Shown piece after piece: positions 51,340-63,550 of a stretch of DNA of 64,000 nucleotides. Under the pieces are notes generated by a model, which saw only the letters and a list, made by a program, of their open reading frames with translations, was not told the origin of the DNA and did not search any database. Both the position numbers and the translations under genes were made by a program. Source of the DNA: Octopus bimaculoides (taxonomy: Eukaryota); contig NC_068988.1 of the NCBI RefSeq assembly GCF_001194135.2, positions 94,270,556-94,334,555 of the forward strand, written 5' to 3'. The first letter of the stretch is position 1. Each line of letters starts with the position of its first letter.

Positions 51340-52676
51340 TTAAATTTTCTTTTGTTCCGTGCTTTCATCTCGCTGCCATTTTTGCATAAAAATGGAGATC
51401 AGTGACGTTATGTCGTGATCCATACTGACAGACACTAAGCATCCTGTGTTTGATGTGTCTATGGTTTCTTTTGAGAATCCTCACCAAATTATTCCCAAGA
51501 CACAGCATAGTCTTTTCTCTGCGACAATGTGTAATTTATTTATTTGTTTATTTATTCTATTTTTCGCTCGTTTTATTTACTCGTCCGTTTCTTAAACTAT
51601 TCTCTTATTCTCTTGTTTTCCCCTCTTTTTTTCTTTTTATTTGCTTTTATTGTTGTCGTTCCTTTTTTTTTTTTTTACATCGTTCTTTTCCTCCTATACT
51701 TCCATCTTTTTCTTTCGCAATTTCTTTATTTCGACTACTATTTTTATTCTGTAGGAGGAAGCTTTAATTTCCCATGTGGCTGAATTTCTGAACTAAGTAT
51801 CCGTCCCATTAACCGTTTCTCTGTGAGTAAAACATTAGGGTGCGTGTTGTAACAAGTCTCCAGAGAGCACAAGTGTCTAATACTACACACACGCCTTTCG
51901 AGTACGTGAATAAAACAAAAGGGAAAACAGAATGGAAAATAAATTTGAAACCAGGGGGAGACAATAATAAACTGACATGAACTATGACCGCTTCTTTCAA
52001 AAGAAACGTTGTGAGTATTTTTTTTTTTTTCCTTTAGTACTAGGAATAAAGAATGTGTTCAGACTAACAAACTATTGCAACGAGACTGTTTATAAAGTGG
52101 TTCTTGGCATTCCATATTAATTTGGATACCCATGAGATAATATTCTCGTCGAACTTTATACATTTCCCTACTGACAATAACATAGTACTTCATAGAATAA
52201 TTAATGTTAATTATAATATTTCTTTAATTGAAGTCCAGCATATTACTGGTGTTCAGTTTAGTTAACTTTACACGGATAAAAGGTAACAGTGATTCTGCCA
52301 GCTTTGTAGATGGGGGGGGGCCGATAGAAATAGGGTATAATGCTAGCAGAGGTGTAGAGAATAGAGGAGACGAACTTATACGTCTTTACCGACTGAAACT
52401 ATACAAGAATCATAGGAAGACGTTAATGGTGCAGAAGACAGGAGAGCGTCTTTCAGGAAGCTTCACAAGAATTTAGGCAGCAGATACCGAAGATTTTGTC
52501 TTTTTGCTATAATCGAGAAATTCCTCACAAGAGTATTACTCAACAAACTGAATGGAAAATATCTTACTTGTATTGCATAAAATTCAAAATCCGATTCCAG
52601 AAGGGAAGAAGCATTGTATACACGCACGCACACACACATGCACATACACACACATACATGCACATATATACATACA

Positions 52677-52738
<62 letters not shown>

Positions 52739-52879
52739 CGTATGTATATATAGATTTATGTGTATATATACATGTATGCATGTAAGTGCGTATGCATATA
52801 TACATGTGTGTATGAGTATGTGTGTGTGTGCGCTATGTGTTCTTTACTCCATTATTTTTGGGGGGTTTTCTCTACTTGT

Positions 52880-52960
52880 CTATTTTTTTCTTTCTTCCAG
52901 AAGAGTGCATACTCGAAACGTAAAACGCTTTTCCTTCTATTCCTTATACAAATGATAATG
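52880..52960 (+). mobile_element. Penelope-like repeat, copy C (hammerhead-like motif at 52895-52926)
   Basis: TTCCAGAA-GAGT-GCAT-ACTC-GAAAC-GTA-AAAC. Confidence 0.55.
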
Positions 52961-53032
52961 TAGTACTAGAAAAACTACAGTATTGGGATAAATGTATTTA
53001 CAAAGACAATTACAGTTACAAGATCAAGGCTT

Positions 53033-53093
<61 letters not shown>

Positions 53094-53468
53094 CACAAAC
53101 ATACACGCATATACATGTATGAATGTGAGTATCCGTGTCATAACTGTAGCTATCAATATAATGTATACATAATGATGTACGAGGAAATTGTATGAAACAT
53201 GCTCAATATGCATGTTTTGAGCCTGGTTATGAGAAATAGTAAACTTCGAAGTAACTAACCGGGACACTCTCATTGTTGAAATTTTTGTGGTTTATCTCCG
53301 GCTTATGTTCTCACCGGGGCTCTAAATATATGTTTACTATAAATATTAGGTATTATTTCCATGTGTGTGTTACGCGTGTGTGTTTGTTTGTGTGTGTGTT
53401 TGTTTGTGTGTGTGTTTGTTTGTGTGTGTGTTTGTTTGTGTGTGTGTCTTTATATATATCTATCTATC

Positions 53469-53516
<48 letters not shown>

Positions 53517-53958
53517 NNNNNNNNNNNNNNNNNNNNNNNNNNNNNNNNNNNNNNNNNNNNNNNNNNNNNNNNNNNNNNNNNNNNNNNNNNNNNNNNNNNN
53601 NNNNNNNNNNNNNNNNNNNNNNNNNNNNNNNNNNNNNNNNNNNNNNNNNNNNNNNNNNNNNNNNNNNNNNNNNNNNNNNNNNNNNNNNNNNNNNNNNNNN
53701 NNNNNNNNNNNNNNNNNNNNNNNNNNNNNNNNNNNNNNNNNNNNNNNNNNNNNNNNNNNNNNNNNNNNNNNNNNNNNNNNNNNNNNNNNNNNNNNNNNNN
53801 NNNNNNNNNNNNNNNNNNNNNNNNNNNNNNNNNNNNNNNNNNNNNNNNNNNNNNNNNNNNNNNNNNNNNNNNNNNNNNNNNNNNNNNNNNNNNNNNNNNN
53901 NNNNNNNNNNNNNNNNNNNNNNNNNNNNNNNNNNNNNNNNNNNNNNNNNNNNNNNNNN

Positions 53959-54004
<46 letters not shown>

Positions 54005-55744
54005 CAGACACACGCATACATATATAGATAGATATTGTTTGTGGATGGGAACTTCGTTTGGTCGCAATGTAAACTTTACTGTGTTAATTTCCTAAGATTT
54101 TCTCATAATCACTAGTTACCCGTAACTAGATCTTTACTCGCAAATCACATTTATGCTCTTATCTTTATTCCTCTACAATAAAATAATCCCCGCCACTCTC
54201 AAAGCTTTCTCTAATTTCCTTATATCTATTATTATTATTATTATTATTTCTTTTTTGTTCTGAGACGATTACTGCGCAAAGTTGTTAGAAAAGTCAACCA
54301 CGACCAATGACAATAACATATTGCTTTGCATTTTGTCGCTTAAGCTATTCGTCCGGTCCTTTTTAAGCGAAATATGTTCTATCGATGATCCAACGGATAA
54401 TTCCTATGGTCAGTCAAATATCTAAGTAAAACTATCTTCTTTCTCTTTCCCTCTCATTTTTCTCCACACCTCTCTCTCACTCTCTCTCCTTTCCCTAACT
54501 CCAACTAATATCGCCACTAGTGCATTCTAAATGATGTTGATGATTCCCAGCTGTGATACTAAAAGCCGACTTAAATTTGTTCTTAATGTCACGGTTGAAT
54601 AGTACAGGGAAATGAGCTCACTATCATAAATCGTTACCGTATGTCATGAAGCTCACAGAGCGCTGGCCAATTCCGTGCAGCTCAGTCAGTTAGTGAAGCG
54701 CACGAAATAGTAGTAAGAAAGCTGACTAACTTATGATCTATGAAATTAATCTGACAGTAAAATGCAGAGTTGTAAATCACCTCTCGTAACCTGATTGTTA
54801 AAATATTTTGTCTCCTCTTTCATCTTAGTTGATCAATATAGCTGTAACCAGTGAAGCAACGTAACGGCCAGTTTTGAAGGCTTGGCTCTTTGGTTTTTCT
54901 CACTGATGACTTAATACAGAGAAAGAAGCTAAGAAGATTATACTGTCTAAGAATCCACAGCCCTAGCAGTAATAAAACAGAACAAAGACAAAGATTCTTC
55001 CCGACTGAAAATATATTTTTACAGATACTATCTAGAAATTTAAACTACACAATTTCAAATCATAACACGGCTAATTCTATAATAACAAAAAGATTAAGCA
55101 CTACTTTACAGAGTGTAAACAAAAATCAGGTTTGGCGAAAGCAAGAGCTGTTATTGAGTTGATTATAGTGACAAGAGGTGTGGAAGAGAGGTGGATGAGA
55201 GAGAAACAGGAATTTATTTCCGAGTCTATTGAATCGCATTCTTTGTATTCTGAGATCAAATCACATTCAGAGAGAATTTACTTTCTATTTTCCGTACCTG
55301 ATAAAATTAATACTAGTAATCAGTTTTATTAGCAATTTTACTCATGTAAAAATTTGGTTGCGTGTCATAGCAAAACGAAAACAAATACTATATCAAAAAG
55401 TTGAGCTCGCTTATATGACTGATATCCCATACAGACTGAATTAGCTGCTCAGTAGATCCATATTTATGCCATGAAATCAGTAATAAGTCCTTGCAATAAA
55501 ATTAGTATCATTTTATTCCAATTTCTTTGCAAATATTAGTTTTATAACAGATATAGAGAAATTCAGTTAAATTGCATTGATTTCCTATCATAGGCAAAAG
55601 CCTCGGTTGTTTTGGTAGAGAGCCTGTAGTTGATTAAAACTACTTAACTAGTATTTATTTTATAGGTGGAAAGCAAAGTCCACCGCGATGTATTATGAAC
55701 TCCTAACCTAAAGCTTTGTAACTACATAGCGTAAAGTAGGTTGT

Positions 55745-55995
55745 CGTTAGCGTGGCTGTGCGGTAAGAAACGTGCTTTCCAGCCACATAGTTCTGGGTTC
55801 AGTCCTACTGCGTGGCACATAAACACACTGCATGCATTAATGTCTCCGTAACATAGCGGTTCGGCAAAAAGAACCGATAGAATAAATGCAAGGCTTTTTA
55901 GAAATAAGCTTTAGGGTCGATTCACCCGACAAAAGCCTCTTCAAGGCGGTGGCCCAGTATGACCGTCGTCTACCGACTGAAACAAGTAAAAGAAA
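55745..55995 (+). mobile_element. SINE family 2, internally deleted copy
   Basis: Head GTGGCTGTGCGGTAAG..CTGGGTTCAGTCCTACTGCGTGGCAC joined after ~24 bp to GTCTCCGTAACATAGCGGTTCGGCAAAA. CORE and the internal microsatellite are missing; tail ends CTGAAACAAGTAAAAG. Confidence 0.88.
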
Positions 55996-56129
55996 CCAAA
56001 AGAAAGTTTTAAAAGAATAAATGCTGACGCCTTGTTAATGAGGTTCAGCATACAATTGCTAGCAATATAAAAGGATTTAATTGTAATTCTTACCAATTGT
56101 TAATGGTTCAAATCAATATTAGAAATAAG

Positions 56130-56590
56130 AGTTTGAGAGAGGCTAAAGGAACAGAGGTTCTACTCCTTAAGGAGAAGATCTTAATGATATGCAGTGATGA
56201 ATGTATGGAAGATGCTGGAAGGTCCAGCTCCCGAATTTGGAATTTAAAGCTATAGTAAACACGGAACCTGACGGCGCTGCGTAGTATCAAAGATCCTGTC
56301 TTTTTCGTTTCGAATAAAGACCCGGTGCTGTCACATCTTGGGTTGCAAGAGTTCACAACTGTTCAACATTCTACCAAACAGTCCCAGACATTTGCGTGGT
56401 GTAGATGTGGAGGTCTTCAAAGGGCGTTCGGACAAATTTTTATCTGAAATACCAGATGAATCCACAAGAAGGCACAAAGAAGACCAGCTCCGTCCAACTC
56501 GCTACCTAAAACAGTACTAAAAAAGAAACGCAAACACACTGAAAGGCAGTGCTCTATCATGGCCTTAGTCTCCGGCTAAAACCATTAACT
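56130..56590 (+). mobile_element. CR1/L2-group LINE 3' end (RT C-terminus + 3' UTR)
   Basis: Frameshifted ERLKEQRFYSLRRR..YAVMNVWKMLEG..FGI..QLFNILPNSPRHLRGVDVEVFKGRSDKFLSEIPDE. Same family as 21901-22242; clade assignment approximate. Confidence 0.87.
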
Positions 56591-57510
56591 GGTTAAACAT
56601 AAACGATAAGTTCAATGTCTCATCACATAATAACTGTTATGGATGGCTCATCGGTTTGACTATGTAACAACGAGAACTATTTGCAACAGGTTGGGGGTCA
56701 GAGTGAAAAACTGCAATAAAATCAACAATTCTCAGTTATTGAAATATTTTTTTCAATTGAGTTAAATATCTTCGATGCTAAAATTTCGTTTCTGAAAAAA
56801 AGGCATTTACTGTCAAAATCGATTATTTTCGAATCAATAATAAAATAACGAAGAGGGAAAAAGAATCTTGCTGTTTATTGCTGAAAGTAGTATAGTAAAT
56901 TATGACATATTGTTTAATAATACAATGTAAATGTGTGTGCATGTGCGTGGGTGTGTATATGTATATACATATTGTGTGTGTGTGTATATGTATATACATA
57001 TTGTGTGTNNNNNNNNNNNNNNNNNNNNNNNNNNNNNNNNNNNNNNNNNNNNNNNNNNNNNNNNNNNNNNNNNNNNNNNNNNNNNNNNNNNNNNNNNNNN
57101 NNNNNNNNNNNNNNNNNNNNNNNNNNNNNNNNNNNNNNNNNNNNNNNNNNNNNNNNNNNNNNNNNNNNNNNNNNNNNNNNNNNNNNNNNNNNNNNNNNNN
57201 NNNNNNNNNNNNNNNNNNNNNNNNNNNNNNNNNNNNNNNNNNNNNNNNNNNNNNNNNNNNNNNNNNNNNNNNNNNNNNNNNNNNNNNNNNNNNNNNNNNN
57301 NNNNNNNNNNNNNNNNNNNNNNNNNNNNNNNNNNNNNNNNNNNNNNNNNNNNNNNNNNNNNNNNNNNNNNNNNNNNNNNNNNNNNNNNNNNNNNNNNNNN
57401 NNNNNNNNNNNNNNNNNNNNNNNNNNNNNNNNNNNNNNNNNNNNNNNNNNNNNNNNNNNNNNNNNNNNNNNNNNNNNNNNNNNNNNNNNNNNNNNNNNNN
57501 NNNNNNNNNN

Positions 57511-57577
<67 letters not shown>

Positions 57578-57945
57578 CTGTCTATCTGTATATATGTATA
57601 TCTGTATGTATAATAGTGTTTAATGAGTTAAACTTTAACTAGCAAATATACAGATATACAACTTTTAACGATTAAAGAATATAGATTCACGATAGTGATC
57701 CAAAATCATTTTTTACAGAATTCTTCATACGGAAAACGAAATGGAGCTCAGTTGTTTGCTATTATATATTGTGAAGCTACTAAATTTAACAAGAGTAGCA
57801 GTCTACTGACGATAGTTTTGGTACGTCTTCCTACATTCAGACAACCAGGCGTCAAAAAGTGCAATCATAAAATCAACGGTTGAACACTTGTCGTTAGCAA
57901 AGTGACTGGGTCAAAGCTGTAGGGCTGTGCGTGTGTATGTGTGTA

Positions 57946-57983
<38 letters not shown>

Positions 57984-58230
57984 TGCAAGTATGTGGACGT
58001 GTGTGTGTAAGAAATTCAATGCTGCAATTTACTGTAAAATATGATTTATGTACTTCTATTTGTGTACTTCGTATATGTGTACGCATACTGTCACGTGAGA
58101 AGGCACATGCATACACATACACACACACATCTTTTTAAAGAGAGAGAGGGGGACTGAGAGAGAGGCATATACATATATGATATATATATATATATATATA
58201 TATATNNNNNNNNNNGAGAGAGAGAGAGAA

Positions 58231-58263
<33 letters not shown>

Positions 58264-58633
58264 TACATGCATACATACATACGTATATACACTCGCTGTG
58301 TATATTATAGTTATGTATATATGCAATATATCAAGAATATATAGAAAATTAATATGTGTGCATGCCGGCCTGAAGTGTGTATAAGCGCGAGTATGGATGC
58401 ATGTATGCGCCAATGTATGTACAGAGAATATTTATCTCGTAAATATATAAAATTGAATTTTCAGCACGTGGCTATCTCAAAACTGGCATGTGTAGTATTC
58501 GACATGAACCGTGCTAGTGGCAAAGCAGCTGTCAGAAGTGAATAGGAATATTTAGATAATCCTTACAGCCATCCATACTTCCATCACAACACACTGATAA
58601 TACACACACATAACACACACACTCACATGTATA

Positions 58634-58692
<59 letters not shown>

Positions 58693-59070
58693 NNNNNNNN
58701 NNNNNNNNNNNNNNNNNNNNNNNNNNNNNNNNNNNNNNNNNNNNNNNNNNNNNNNNNNNNNNNNNNNNNNNNNNNNNNNNNNNNNNNNNNNNNNNNNNNN
58801 NNNNNNNNNNNNNNNNNNNNNNNNNNNNNNNNNNNNNNNNNNTCGCTGCTATTAGTAAAACAAAAAATTCCTTTGTGGTGTAGGCAGAACGTAGATAAAA
58901 GTATATATCAACATAACGCTGACAGTTTCAGAAAATTATGAAGTTATGTAACACAAGCGTGATGCTGCAAGAAGCGAGTCTACTCTTTAACGCCAGCGGA
59001 TGAAAATAACGGACGTATTTTGATCATTGTAGACCTCGTCAGCGAAGCGCATTAAAAGCAGTTGACGAGA

Positions 59071-59120
<50 letters not shown>

Positions 59121-59275
59121 TGCGCGCGCACACGCTCTCGTAGAGGAAGAGAAGAAAGAAAATGAGAAACTCTACGTACGTTTGTATGTGTATATAAATA
59201 TGCATGGTTGTATGTATATAAATTTGGATATTATGCGTTGTAAGTGAGATTTTGGAATTGAATTTGTTATTCAAG

Positions 59276-59580
59276 AATGCAATTTTGAAACTTGTTGTTG
59301 GTTCGAATCTTAAAAATGATGGTGCCGAACCTAAAAGGGACTTAAAATCGAATAAGTCAGTCGATCCATTAGGCGGATGCGCGCACCATTGTTGGGGACC
59401 AGTGTGCTGTAAAGCCGCGGAGAGGAAGTCCCCGAAACGGTGCGTAATTTTTCCCGATGACACCTGAAATGTATTGGCGTCCGGTGTGCAGAGATCCCCA
59501 CTGAATGCATTTGAACGAATAAACTGTTTCCTAGTCTCATTAAGGCCAGCCTGCATTCCTCGTGAAAGAAATCAATAAAT
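59276..59580 (+). other. GC/CpG-enriched unique segment; unverified candidate terminal exon
   Basis: Open frame ..NDGAEPKRDLKSNKSVDPLGGCAHHCWGPVCCKAAERKSPKRCVIFPDDT* after TTATTCAAG, with AATAAA at 59518 and 59574. Two minus frames are also open, so strand and coding status are unresolved. Confidence 0.25.
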
Positions 59581-59874
59581 AGCTTCAGAACTCATCTGTG
59601 TATTTAGTGGGGAATGACTGGAATTGTAACATAGTACTAAAACATAAAACTATATTTCTGCAAGAAACTCACTGGTGAATAATTTTTGCAATGTTGAATT
59701 GTGTAAGAGCAATGATAATTTTAATATCACTCGAAGGTAATGCTCATACATTAAAGCTGATTTACATATAAGGTTATAGGTATTACTGTTCAGAACAAAA
59801 TTAAAGATAGAAATAATACATTTCTAAATCTCTCAGAGAAATTTATGCAGAAGCAGCACGATAAAGTGATAGTA

Positions 59875-60207
59875 TGTTGTCAACTTAATGTGACAGTCCC
59901 ATGAAAGGGAAGAATGCTACTATTATTTAGTCCTAAGAAACACCGTTTCCTGTTGGACTTGTCGCATTTCTTGTGTCCTTATGTTTTCAGAGTGAAGATA
60001 AGCACCTCCACCCAGCAACTGACGATGAGCAATGATTCTGAAACTTGTCTCTGGGTGCTGGCTTTGCTGGGTGGAGTTGCTTATCTTCACTTTCAAGGCA
60101 TAAGAACATAGGAAATGTGTCAATTCCAACAGGAAACAGTGTTTCCAAGGGATAAATAACAGTAGCATTCTTACCTTTCATGGGAATGTCACATTAATTT
60201 GACAACA
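59875..60207. mobile_element. 333-bp foldback MITE with 144-bp inverted arms, TA TSD
   Basis: Arms 59875-60018 and 60064-60207 align without indels, 124/144 identical by manual count. 45-bp spacer; TA at 59873-74 and 60208-09. Confidence 0.93.
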
Positions 60208-61333
60208 TAGTCAGAATTAAAAATGTTAAATTTACAATTTACAATTTCTATCACAGATAAATGTTGGATATTATTACCTCGTGAAACAAATTGAAGTATT
60301 CATTCAACAAAGCCCTTGTTTTCAATCTGAAGTGGATATAACTTCTCATCATTCGGATTATTTATCTGGTTAGCGCAAAAATGAAATGAAATTTAAAATT
60401 AATATAATTGTAAAATAAATCTGAAAAAAGATTGCTGAAACAAACTTTGAATGAAATAACATCTTTATTCGATTGAAATGCTCTCAGTATTTGGTATTTA
60501 TTATATTCACATTGGAATGATGAAAGGCAAGACGGGATTCTTGAAGTATTGAACTGAGAATGTAAAAGTTCGAAGCATTTATATATACAGAGATCGTTGT
60601 CCGATATTAAACTAGTTATGGCAATACCCTAACTCTGACTTAACATGAAACAAAAGTTGACAGGTTTTATTATCGCTCATGTGTAAAACATCTAAATGTT
60701 AAAGAAGGAATGTAATTCGTAAGCTTATACAACAGCGGAAAATACTTTTGTATTTAACTCGCTCATGACCTTTCACCCGAACACTGAATTTGAGATCACT
60801 AGTGAAAATATTCAACATCATTAACAAAAAATATAGTATGATAATCGAAAAATAATCGCTTTTCAGTTCCCTCCCAGAGGAGGTCCAACCTATAATTGAT
60901 CGTATATATCAAAAGATATATAATGAGATGTTTTTTTTTTAAATTAATAATAGAAGTCCTCATATGTTATATTCATCTGAACAAAGTGTTGACATGAATA
61001 TTTTCGCTGTACTTCAATGACGCTGCATAAATATTTGTATAAAAAATACACGCCACCAAAAAGTGAGGGAACCAAGATAAAGCTACATACAGAAGCAATG
61101 TTTATCTGCTAATATTCTGCGAGTAGATTTTTATATTTATCTGTCTAACGCAGCTATGTTACAGAGTTTAATGACGGACATTCTTTCATTAAAGCTAAGG
61201 AGAGTTGGGAGAACAAGACATATATATATATATNNNNNNNNNNNNNNNNNNNNNNNNNNNNNNNNNNNNNNNNNNNNNNNNNNNNNNNNNNNNNNNNNNN
61301 NNNNNNNNNNNNNNNNNNNNNNNNNNNNNNNNN

Positions 61334-61375
<42 letters not shown>

Positions 61376-61461
61376 TAATAAATCTTAGGAGACAACTCTA
61401 CGTTCATGTGATTGTCTGTCCGAATATATAATCTTTCTCACTCTTTCCCTCTCTCTCTCAC

Positions 61462-61572
61462 CGTAGGCTCGAAACGTAAAAGACATTTCCATTCTTCCCG
61501 AGCGTCAAACTAACACACGTGCTTGTTGATCGTACACCTGTCTTCGTCTTTGTTTTTCTATAAATCTGAACT
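61462..61572 (+). mobile_element. Penelope-like repeat, copy D (5'-truncated inside stem II)
   Basis: CGTAGGCTCGAAACGTAAAAGAC is identical to copy B. Continues GAGCGTCAAACTAA..CCTGTCTTCGT and ends in (TA)n. Confidence 0.75.
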
Positions 61573-61590
61573 ATATATATATATATATAC

Positions 61591-61661
<71 letters not shown>

Positions 61662-62115
61662 GGACACTTCCTTATACATAGTAACCACTACAGTGATCAT
61701 AGACACGGACGCCAATGCCGTGAGAGATACTAAGTTTGGACTCGGTGGTCATGGTAGGGTTATTTTCTTAGTAGAATGAAATGAAATTGCATCTCATCAT
61801 ATTTTTAGCGCCATCTACAATTGTAGAAGTAGCTGGTAGTTTTAATGAAGTTTAATTGGTGCGAGATTTTATAGTTTAGAATTTATTGTAAAACATATGT
61901 ATAGCTCTAATTTTCTGAAAGAAAACAAATCAGTTAGGAGGAAGAAATATAACGGAAATTCTAAATAAAATGGCTGAAATATGAAACTGCGTGAAAATAT
62001 GTGTGTAGGTAATCGATTAGATGCAGCAAGTGTAATGCAAGCTAGAAGGATAAAGAAGGGGAATATTTAGTGCACGAAACGATGCTGTCAGAAGATACAG
62101 TGACACACACATAAT

Positions 62116-62449
62116 TGCAGGAAGGAAAAGAAGAGGGACGGGGAGGAGGAAAAGGAAGAGTAGGAGGAAGAAAAGAAGAAGAGGAGAAGTGGAGGAGGAG
62201 GAGGAGGAGGAGGGGGAATAGAAGTGGAGAAGGAGAAGTGGAGAAGGAGAAGTGGAGAAGGAGAAGTGGAGGAGGTGTAGTGGAGGAGGAGGGGAGGAGG
62301 AAGAGACGAAGGAGGAGGAGGGGAGGAGGAAAAGACGAAGGAGGAGGAGGAGAGGAGGAAGAGACGAGGAGGAGGAGGGTATGAATAGGAGGAGGAGGAG
62401 AAGAAGAAGAAGTAGAAGAAGAAGAAGAAGAAGAAGAAGAAGAAGAAGA
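62116..62449. repeat. Polypurine (GGA/GAA) tract with GAGAAGGAGAAGTG repeats, ending in (GAA)n
   Basis: Read directly; explains the R/E/G-rich and L/S/P-rich ORFs. Confidence 0.95.
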
Positions 62450-63509
62450 NNNNNNNNNNNNNNNNNNNNNNNNNNNNNNNNNNNNNNNNNNNNNNNNNNN
62501 NNNNNNNNNNNNNNNNNNNNNNNNNNNNNNNNNNNNNNNNNNNNNNNNNNNNNNNNNNNNNNNNNNNNNNNNNNNNNNNNNNNNNNNNNNNNNNNNNNNN
62601 NNNNNNNNNNNNNNNNNNNNNNNNNNNNNNNNNNNNNNNNNNNNNNNNNNNNNNNNNNNNNNNNNNNNNNNNNNNNNNNNNNNNNNNNNNNNNNNNNNNN
62701 NNNNNNNNNNNNNNNNNNNNNNNNNNNNNNNNNNNNNNNNNNNNNNNNNNNNNNNNNNNNNNNNNNNNNNNNNNNNNNNNNNNNNNNNNNNNNNNNNNNN
62801 NNNNNNNNNNNNNNNNNNNNNNNNNNNNNNNNNNNNNNNNNNNNNNNNNNNNNNNNNNNNNNNNNNNNNNNNNNNNNNNNNNNNNNNNNNNNNNNNNNNN
62901 NNNNNNNNNNNNNNNNNNNNNNNNNNNNNNNNNNNNNNNNNNNNNNNNNNNNNNNNNNNNNNNTTGACAGATAAACAGGTAAAAGTGAACGTCGTGCCAA
63001 GCTCTATGAAAGATATTTACGAAACCCCATTAAAAAACAGCCTCGGAATAAGAGAGAACTATTTAATCCAATGCGTAGTAAACTCGATGATGCTCTACGT
63101 AGATTTCGAAAGAAGAACGTAATTAACGACGATTCGGATTCAGTTGCGGTAATTATTTCTCTTGGAACTGTAGTCTTCAAGGAATATTTTCTTGCATATT
63201 ATTTCATAAAATTCTACGTTGTAATGATTGGTGCAGCTAGCGAAGAGAATTTTGTATTACGCTGTATACAATAAACACACCTTCGTATGTATTAGATCAT
63301 ATGGTGTGTGTATGTATGCATATATGTGTATATATATATGTGTATATATATGTGTGTGTGTGTCTGTGTGTGTTTGTGTGAGTGAGTGTGTGTATATTTG
63401 TATATATTGTATATATGTATATATATATATGCATGTTTTATATTCATCCATCCAAGCGCTCTCTCACATTAACAGAAACTCATACACACGCACACTCATG
63501 TATATATAT

Positions 63510-63540
<31 letters not shown>

Positions 63541-63550
63541 NNNNNNNNNN

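Larger units (their letters stand above)
15108..63550. other. Seventeen assembly gaps (N runs), all at microsatellite/low-complexity edges
   Basis: 15108-15395, 18731-18871, 21396-21616, 24390-24681, 34702-35053, 35898-35907, 37435-37444, 39915-40311, 45794-46310, 50571-50580, 53517-53958, 57009-57510, 58206-58215, 58693-58842, 61234-61333, 62450-62963, 63541-63550. Five are exactly 10 N, probably placeholders. Confidence 0.98.

Noticed and set aside
53179-53225. TACGAGG start and small AAACATGC..GCATGTTT hairpin suggesting a mariner end
   Set aside because: No partner TIR or transposase remnant found nearby.
59370-59412. CAHHCWGPVCC resembling the neurophysin RCFGPSICC motif, with nearby KR sites
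   Set aside because: No nonapeptide-GKR, no signal peptide, and the remaining neurophysin cysteines are absent.
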